Source: Chiloscyllium plagiosum (Eukaryota). From it: a DNA stretch of 20,000 bases. The stretch lies in the NCBI RefSeq assembly GCF_004010195.1, contig NC_057718.1, positions 9,497,266-9,517,265 of the forward strand. Reading direction: 5' to 3'. Both the position numbers and the translations under genes were made by a program. The notes beneath the pieces are model-generated. The model worked only from the letters and a program-made list of their open reading frames with translations, did not search any database and had not been told where the DNA came from. Shown in pieces: positions 13,240-20,000 of this stretch (positions within the stretch are counted from its first letter, which is position 1; each line of letters begins with the position of its first letter).

Positions 13240-13345
13240 GTTGTAATGTAGGAAATGCAGCAACTGGTTTGCACACAGCAAGATCCCACAAACAACAACT
13301 TGAAACTGACCAGATCTTGAACAATGTCGATCGAGGGGTAAATAC
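13240..13345 (-). mobile_element. Deu-domain SINE 3' fragment nested in the old LINE
   Basis: TTGTAATGTAGGAAATGCAGC...GCACACAGCAAGATCCCACAAACA...GACCAGAT, similar to 12405-12470. Confidence 0.55.
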
Positions 13346-13443
13346 TTCAACCGTTGCAGTCCTTGTCATGTAGGGCATTGGCAGTGTTGTCAGGAAGGGA
13401 GTTTTAGGAAGTTGACCCAGTGACACTGCAGGAACGGCCATGT

Positions 13444-13503
13444 ATGGACGGGTTGGACTGAAGGGTCTGTTTCCATGCTGTACATCTCTATGACTCTATG
13501 ACT
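13444..13503 (+). mobile_element. 60-bp CR1 3' tail insertion
   Basis: Nearly identical to 13992-14049 (ATGGACGGGTTGGACTGAAGGGTCTGTTTC...CTCTATGACTCTATGA). Confidence 0.85.
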
Positions 13504-13590
13504 GGCCGAGAGGGGGTTTTGTAGCTGTTGGTATTCCCATGTACCTGCTGCCATGAATTTTGGAGATGGTAGAGGTTTGAAGGATGGTGC

Positions 13591-14049
13591 CAGGGTTGGA
13601 AGATCTGAGCTACAGGGAGAGGCTGAACAGGCTGGGGCGGTTTTCCCTGGAGCATCGGATGCTGAGGGGTGACCTTATAGAGATTTACAAAATTATGAGG
13701 GGCATGGATAGGGTAAATAGGCAAAGTCTTTTCCCTGGGGTCGGGGAGTCCAGAACTAGAAGGCATAGGTTTAGGGTGAGAGGGGAAAGATATAAAAGAG
13801 ACCTAAGGGGCAACTTTTTCACGCAGATGGTGGTACGGGTGTGGAATGAGCTGCCAGGGGATGTGGTGGAGGCTGGTACAATTGCAACATTTAAGAGACA
13901 TTTGGATGGGTATATGAATAGGAAGGGTTTGGAGGGATATGGGCCGGGTACTGGCAGGTGGGACTGGATTGGGTTGGGATATCTGGTCGGCATGGACGGG
14001 TTGGACTGAAGGGTCTGTTTCTGTGCTGTACATCTCTATGACTCTATGA
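13591..14049 (+). mobile_element. Young CR1-clade LINE 3' fragment with a 7-bp TSD
   Basis: Uninterrupted ORF 13584-14009 (LSYRERLNRLGRFSLEHRMLRGDLIEIYKIM...WNELP). ATGGTGC occurs at 13584-13590 and 14050-14056. Tail is (CTATGACT)n. Confidence 0.92.
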
Positions 14050-14240
14050 ATGGTGCTGTAGAAGGAGCTTGGTGAATTACTCCAGTGCATTTGGAACAGT
14101 TAAGCACTTGTGGAAGACTAGTCACTATTGTAATGGAGTAAGTGGAAGGATATAGGAACCAGTTGGATAAGTGGGTCGGATCTACTGGGAGATCAGGATA
14201 TCTCTGCACCAAATGGTTTATTGATGAAATTAAGATAAAG

Positions 14241-14500
14241 CTTGCATTTGTATAGTACCCTTCACAGCTTCGGCAAATACACACATGACTTCTGTGAGGT
14301 CTCAGAAATATGCAAATTGACCAGTTGGTCCATGTTAGCGGAGGTGGTTGAAGGATAAAATGCACAATGCAATACCTGCTCCTTAAGTAGCACCATGGGA
14401 TCATTTATACCATTTTAAACAGCCTCAGATTAGCATCCACGAAAGTAGCAGCCTTGTGTATGTGCTCAGATCTCAGAAATGGGCATATTAAACCCACAAG
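14241..14500 (-). mobile_element. Highly diverged Deu-domain SINE
   Basis: CTTGCATTTGTATAG, GGTTGAAGGATAAA, CCATGGGATCATTT and AAACCCACAA occur in the expected order. Confidence 0.45.
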
Positions 14501-14545
14501 GTGTTGCACATTGAGGGGAGCAGAAAGACATTGTGGGTGAGCTGA

Positions 14546-14767
<222 letters not shown>

Positions 14768-14989
14768 TGATGAGAGAGCAGCCAATTCAAATCTTGGTGG
14801 CTGGCACAGGGATTCCATCATTTTCCCTTGAGATAGGAAAGATGGGTACCAGGTTGGGGATGGGCATGGGAGAGGGGTGCCAGGGTAATGATGCAGAAGA
14901 CCTGAAGACCACTAAGGTTTCAGGGCTAGAACATTCCACAGGTTTATCCACTCACTAACCCTGAGTCCCATGCAACCTCCAATCCTGGA

Positions 14990-15372
14990 AAGGGTGGTAA
15001 TTGTCCCTGGACCAGCCATGGAGAGGCCCAGGCCAATGTTTTAAGGACGTAAGTTAAAATTCTGCCATAACAGCCAGTGGAATTTAAATTCAGTTCATGA
15101 TTCTGGATTGTAAGTGTAGTCTCCATGATGGTGACCATGGCAACAATCATCGATTGTCATTTGAAAACCAATCTGGCGATATTAAAAAACAAATCTCTTT
15201 AGAGAAATCCTTACCATGTCTGCAACCTATAGGTGACTCCAGACTCCACAGCAATGCGGTTGTCTCTTAACTGCCCTCTGAAAGGGCCCACTTAGTTTAG
15301 GGGCAATTAGGGATGGCCAGTAAGTGTTGGTCCAGCCACTGACATCCATATCCATGAATGAATTTATTAAAA
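14990..15372 (+). mobile_element. tRNA-type SINE of a second family, diverged
   Basis: Colinear with the reverse complement of 17131-17868. Ends GGGCAATTAGGGATGG...CCATGAATGAATTTATTAAAA. Confidence 0.7.
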
Positions 15373-15459
15373 ATAATGATGAAGCAGAAGTACTCTTATG
15401 GTGACAGTGTCCCTACCTCAGAGACCCGTGTTCAAGTTTAACCTCCTCCAGAGGTTTAG

Positions 15460-15775
15460 ATTCATAGATACGTACAGTGCAGAAAATAATTACCACTAAA
15501 GATGTGCTAACCAAATTTCTTACATTTGTCCCCATCCTTGAATGTTATGTATTGTTCAATTTTTTTTTTAAAGTTTGTAAGGTATCCAGCCTCCACTACC
15601 TTCCCAGGCAGTGCATGCCAAATTCTCATCACCCATTGAGTGAAAAAGTTCTTTTCCCAAATCCCCCTGAATCTCCTGCCCCTTACCCTAAAATTATGAT
15701 TGTCCCCTCAGGGGAATAGCTGCTCTCTCGATTTGCCCTATCCATACCCCTCATAATCTTATACACCTCAATCAT
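15460..15775 (-). mobile_element. Older CR1 3' fragment, antisense
   Basis: CCCTATCCATACCCCTCATAATCTTATACACCTCAATCA is the reverse complement of an IEVYKIMRGMDR-coding segment. CCTCCACTACCTTCCCAGGCAG also matches. Confidence 0.7.
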
Positions 15776-16144
15776 GAGGTCTACAAAATCATGACGGGCA
15801 TGGATAGGATAAATAGACAAAGTCTTTTCCCTGGGGTGGGGGAGTCTAGAACTAGAGGGCATAGGTTTAGGGTGAGAGGGAAACGATATAAAAGAGACCT
15901 AAGAAGCAACTTTTTCACGCAGAGGGATGTATGGAATGAGCTGCCAGAGGATGTGGTGGACGCTGGTACAATTGCAACATTTAAAAGGCATCCGGATGGG
16001 TATATGAATAGGAAGGGTTTGGAGGGATATGGGCTGGGTGCTGGCAGGTGGGACTAGATTGGGTTGGGATATCTGGTTGGCATGGACAGGTTGGACCGAA
16101 GGGTCTGTTTCTGTGCTGTACATCTCTATGACTCTATGACTCTA
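15776..16144 (+). mobile_element. Young CR1-clade LINE 3' fragment
   Basis: ORF 15791-16057 is nearly identical to the 13584 and 5721 peptides. Tail reads CTCTATGACTCTATGACTCTA. Confidence 0.92.
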
Positions 16145-16239
16145 AATTCCCCTCAGTCTTAATGCTGTAATGTAATAACATTTCTGAAAAGGTTGATTAG
16201 AAAATATCTAACTATAAAGCTTTCTGGTCTGGTATAAAA

Positions 16240-16570
16240 ACCCAACAAGTTCAGCAATGACTCAATTTGTTGTGGTGCTTTTATAGTATTGTAGTCTGGG
16301 GGACAAATATTGACCGAGGACACAGTTGGGAATTCCCCGCTCTACCCCACCCCTGCCACCAGTCTTCTTCAAAATAGGGCTGTGGGATTTCTAGTGTGAG
16401 AGGCCAACAAGTGCTTCATCTGAAAAGCAGCACCTCCAACAGTGCAGCTCCCCCACGATACCTGCACTGAAAGCTAACGAACTCGCGTCTCTGATGTGGG
16501 ACTAAGACTCACCAGTTTCTGACTCAGAATGCTACCCATTGACTCAGAGTGCTACCCACTGAACCACAGT
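16240..16570 (-). mobile_element. Deu-domain SINE, diverged, with an internal 20-bp tandem duplication (16520-16559)
   Basis: AAATATTGACCGAGGACAC, TCTTCTTCAAAATAG, CAGCACCTCCAACAGTGCAGC and GTGCTACCCACTGAACCAC. Confidence 0.7.
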
Positions 16571-16671
16571 GCAGCTGCTTACAGTGCGTGGGAAGATTTG
16601 TTGCAAAGAAATGAAATTAAAAATCTGATGAAGGAAACAACTAGGGCATCACTTTATTCCTGAAGCGGAGG

Positions 16672-17010
16672 ACTGCCACACAGTGCCAGGGACCAGGGTT
16701 CGATTCCCACCTTGGACGACTGTCTGTGTGGAGTTCGCACATTCTCCCCGTGTCTGCGTGGGTTTCCTCTGGTGCTCCGGTTTCCTCCCACAATCCGAAC
16801 ATATGCAGGTCAGGTGAATTGACCATGCTAAATTGCCCATAGTGTTCAGGGATGTATAGGTTAGGTGCATTAGTCTGGGGTAAATGTAGGGGAATTGGTC
16901 TGGATGGGCTACTCTTCAGAGGGTCGGTGTGGACTTGTTGGGCCAAAGGGCCTGTTTCCATACTGTAGGGAATCTAATCTAATCTAAAAAAAAGTCTAAT
17001 CTAATCTAAT
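16672..17010 (+). mobile_element. V-SINE (HE1-like), 5'-clipped, with an (AATCT)n tail
   Basis: GGTTCGATTCC B box, the same central domain as the 2138 and 6145 copies, and tail AATCTAATCTAATCT. Confidence 0.88.
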
Positions 17011-17130
17011 GTGGCCTGGTAACGCATACACTGATCGATTGCCCTGAGTGGTGAGTGTCACAGGGCCGACAGTACAACTGAGGTCTATAGGCTCCACCCC
17101 CTTACTTATCTCAATCTGAGCTTGAGTCAG

Positions 17131-17868
17131 TTTTTTTTATTCATTCGTGGGCTGTGGGTGTTGCTGACTGAGCCAGCATTTATTGCCCGCCCCTAATTGC
17201 TCAGAGTGCAGTGAGGCTAAGTGGTCACCTTACAGAGGTTTATAAAATCATGAGGGGCGTGCATAGGGTGAATAGACAAGATCTTTTCTCCAGGATAGGG
17301 GAGTCCAAAGGGGAGGGCATATGTTTAAGATGACAGGGGAAAATTTAAACGCAACATAAGGGGCAACATTTTCATTCGTAGGCTGGTGTGTGTATGGAAT
17401 GAGTTGCCAGAGGAAGTGGTGGTGGCTGGTACAATTACAGCATTTAAAAGGCATCTGGATGGGTATATTAATAGGAAGGGTTTGGATGGATATGGGCCAA
17501 ATGTTGGCAAATGGGATTAGATTAATGTACAATATCCAGACAAGTTGGATTGAAGGGTTTGTTTCCGCGCTGTTACATTTCTAATGATGTGAGAGTCAAC
17601 CACATTGCTGTGGATCTGGAGTCACATGTAGGCCAGACCAAATAAGTATGACAGTTTCCTTCCCTACGGAGATTAGTGAACCAGATGGGTTTATCTGACA
17701 ATTAACAATGGATTTATAGTCATTATTAGACTCTTAGTTCCAGATTTTTTTTTAGTGAATTCAAATTCCATCATTTGCCATGACAGGATTCAAACCTGGG
17801 TCCCCAGAACATTACCTGGGTCTCTGGATTAATGATCCAGCAGTAATATCATTGGGGCATTACCTCCC
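17131..17868 (-). mobile_element. tRNA-type SINE split by a CR1 insertion (parts 17131-17215 and 17589-17868)
   Basis: The two parts join into a sequence colinear with the reverse complement of 14990-15372. GGATTCAAACC (reverse B box) lies near 17786-17796. Confidence 0.8.
17216..17588 (+). mobile_element. CR1 3' fragment nested in a SINE
   Basis: GAGGTTTATAAAATCATGAGGGG...TGGAATGAGTTGCCAGAGG. GTGAG is repeated at 17211-17215 and 17589-17593. Confidence 0.85.
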
Positions 17869-17934
17869 CAAACCTACAGTATCCCTGACCCCTCGGCAAA
17901 CAGTTGCTTTGATAGCTTGAATAAAGCTGATATT

Positions 17935-18317
17935 AGAAGGTTGAGGGGAGATCCAATAGAAACTTACAAGATAATGCATGGCTTAGAAAGGGTGGACGCT
18001 GGGAAGTTGTTTCCGTTAGACAGGGAGACAAGGACCCGTGGGCACAGCCTTAAAATTAGAGTGGGTCAATTTAGAATGGAAAGGAGGAAACATTTCATCA
18101 GCCAGAGAATGGTGGGCCTGTGGAATTCATTGCCACAGAGCGCAGTGGAGGCCGGGACTTTAACGTCTTCAAGGCAGAAATTGATCTCGCAAGGAATTAA
18201 GGCCTAAGGGGAGAATGCAGGTTAGTGGAATTGAAACACCCATCAGCCATGATTAAATGGCAGAGTGGACTCGATGGGCTGAATGGCCTTACTTCCACTC
18301 CTCCATCTTATGGTGTT
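17935..18317 (+). mobile_element. CR1-clade LINE 3' fragment (another subfamily)
   Basis: ORF reads RRLRGDPIETYKIMHGLERVDAGKLFP...WNSLPQSAVEA. Tail reads GGGCTGAATGGCCT...TCTTATGG. Confidence 0.88.
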
Positions 18318-18322
18318 ATATT

Positions 18323-18484
18323 GCCTGAAAAGGTGGTGGAAGCAGTTCCAATATAACTTGTAAAAGGAAATTGGATGAATGCTTGAAAAGCAACAATTTA
18401 CAAAACCACAGAAACAAGGCAGAGTTAAGATTAACCAAGTGATGGCACGAGCACTGAGGGCTGAAAGGCCTCTTTAGCACAGTA
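18323..18484 (+). mobile_element. Old, degenerate CR1 3' fragment abutting the last acceptor region
   Basis: GCCTGAAAAGGTGGTGGAAGCAG...AAAAGGAAATTGGATG...GGGCTGAAAGGCCT. Confidence 0.55.
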
Positions 18485-18514
18485 TTAATATTACCCTGCG
18501 GTCCTCTGTTACAG

Positions 18515-19636
18515 AGAGAAGTGCGATCCAAGGAATACGAGTGCTTCCAAATCAAGATCCAGAGACTGGAAAACCTTTGCAGAGCTCTGCAGGAAGAAAG
18601 GACTGAGCTCTACAAGAGGATTATGGATATCCGCATTAAGGAAGAAAAACCAGAGTTCCTGGTGGATGAAGCAGAGAGTGGGGAGAAACAGGAGGAGAAA
18701 GGTGCAGAAGAAACGCCGGACTCCACTCCGCAAGAAAGCCGACTGCAGCACCTGGCCATGGCCTTCAAAGTGGTACACGGTGCAGACAAAGCAACCCACA
18801 CGGATGAATCCATGGACAATGATGCTGCACTGGAGTCTGACACAGAAACCCCAATGTCAATCACAGAGGCTTTAAGGTCCCTATTACAAGAAAGCCAGGC
18901 AGAGGCAAACAATGCTATAGAAACACTCACTCCGGTTCCTGCTCCACCAACAGTACCTGCTCCTGCTCCTGCTCCAGCTCCAGCTCCAGCTCCACATCCA
19001 GTTCTGGATTCTGCCCCTACTCCAGCACCAGTTCTGGGGTCTGTCTCTGCCCTTGCTCCTGCATCAGTTCCCGCATCCATATCTGCTCCTGCTCCTGCTC
19101 CACTTCTGGATTCTGCTCCTGCTCCAGTTCCGGAATCTATGTCTGCTTCTGTTCCAGGATCTGTATCTGCTCCTGCTCCAGTTCCAGGATCCATAACTAC
19201 TCCTGCTCCAGTTCCAGGATCTGTATCTGCTCCTGCTCCAGTTCCAGGATCTGTATCTGCTCCTGCTCCAGGATCTGTATCTGCTCCTGCTCCAGTTCCA
19301 GGATCTGTATCTGCTCCTGCTCCAGTTCCAGGATCCGTAACTGCTCCTGCTCCAGTTCCAGGATCCATATCTGCTCCTGCTTCTGCTCCAGTTCCAGGAT
19401 CTGTATCTGCTCCTGCTGCAGTTTCAGGATCCGTAACTGCTCCTGCTCCAGTTCCAGGATCCATATCTGCTCCTGCTTCTGCTCCAATTCCAGGATCTGT
19501 ATCTGCTCCTGCTTCTGCTCCAGTTCTAATTCCAGAATTTGTTCAGGAATCAGGAGGTACTACAGAGGAACAGATGCCTGTCCAGGGGGAGACTGTGAGG
19601 CAGATAGAAGACACAGACATGGATGCAGTTGACTAA
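18515..19636 (+). CDS. txlnb: Beta-taxilin-like terminal coding exon (373 aa plus stop)
   Basis: Acceptor gttacag|AGA. Encodes REVRSKEYECFQIKIQRLENLCRALQEERTELYKRI (taxilin RLExLCRALQ motif), an acidic segment, a Pro/Ala repeat, and ends EDTDMDAVD with TAA at 19634-19636. Confidence 0.95.
   Translation, partial: REVRSKEYECFQIKIQRLENLCRALQEERTELYKRIMDIRIKEEKPEFLVDEAESGEKQEEKGAEETPDSTPQESRLQHLAMAFKVVHGADKATHTDESMDNDAALESDTETPMSITEALRSLLQESQAEANNAIETLTPVPAPPTVPAPAPAPAPAPAPHPVLDSAPTPAPVLGSVSALAPASVPASISAPAPAPLLDSAPAPVPESMSASVPGSVSAPAPVPGSITTPAPVPGSVSAPAPVPGSVSAPAPGSVSAPAPVPGSVSAPAPVPGSVTAPAPVPGSISAPASAPVPGSVSAPAAVSGSVTAPAPVPGSISAPASAPIPGSVSAPASAPVLIPEFVQESGGTTEEQMPVQGETVRQIEDTDMDAVD
18931..19530 (+). 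repeat. Coding minisatellite with a 30-bp core unit (APAPVPGSVS) and 24- and 36-bp variants
   Basis: GCTCCTGCTCCAGTTCCAGGATCTGTATCT is repeated. All length variants are multiples of 3. Confidence 0.95.
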
Positions 19637-20000
19637 CTGGAAAATATAATCAGACACTAGCCATCAGTTGTTAACACTTACAGTTAAGACATGGGTTTGG
19701 TTTCCAATATTTAATGCCGTGAAATGTAAATATGTGTCGACTCTGGTTTTTTTGTCGTCTTTCTTCACACTAACTCTAAAGAAAACACTGTTATTTCCAC
19801 TGCTTTAAGTAAACACCTACCATTAGATCAGTTTTTCTCAGAGATAAGTGGCAAAAATTATTTCATATCTGTGAAACATTCAGGACAGCATGCTGCACTG
19901 CAGGTTCACTGTCACACATACTGTCCGCACACACACCCACACCCACCCACCCACACCCACCCACACACACACCCACACCCACCCACCCACACCCACCCAC
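19637..20000 (+). other. Probable 3' UTR of the taxilin gene (end not determined)
   Basis: Follows the stop codon and is AT-rich. No AATAAA is seen; only AGTAAA at 19808-19813. Confidence 0.6.
19927..20000. repeat. (CA)/(CACC) compound microsatellite
   Basis: CACACACACCCACACCCACCCAC... continues to the window end. Confidence 0.9.

Larger units (their letters stand above)
13125..14100 (-). mobile_element. Old LINE 3' end (tail shared with the 15300-15372 SINE family), interrupted by nested inserts
   Basis: Begins GGCTGACTGGGTCAGCATTTACTGTCCATTCCTAATTGC (compare 17163-17200). Appears to continue at about 13350-13440, 13504-13590 and 14050-14100 around the inserted pieces. Confidence 0.55.

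Noticed and set aside
18610..19487. Antisense ORFs of 284 aa (GAGADTDPGT repeats) and 96 aa (LELEQEQIQI repeats)
   Set aside because: They are shadows of the coding minisatellite. Only the plus frame carries taxilin motifs and splice context.

Overview
Eukaryotic, repeat-rich DNA, most likely from a cartilaginous fish (shark); this is inferred from the SINE/LINE families, which I recognised from memory. The window holds the 3' part of a plus-strand beta-taxilin-like gene. Seven coding exons (900-1070, 1768-1962, 4411-4530, 6968-7042, 11911-12003, 14600-14695, 18515-19636) splice in phase 0 into 623 aa ending TDMDAVD*. The N-terminal exons lie upstream of the window. One intron appears to use a GC donor, and the last exon carries a Pro/Ala/Ser/Val/Gly coding minisatellite. 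The introns are filled with CR1-type LINE 3' fragments, V-SINEs (HE1-like), Deu-domain SINEs, a further tRNA-type SINE, and several nested insertions with target-site duplications (TSDs). The most notable non-coding signal is a set of minimal hammerhead-ribozyme motifs or remnants in Penelope-like sequences (165-206, 536-614, 9867-9900, and an inverted pair at 10983-11150). Each copy has at least one defect, so activity is doubtful. Most short ORFs in the track are repeat-derived or spurious.
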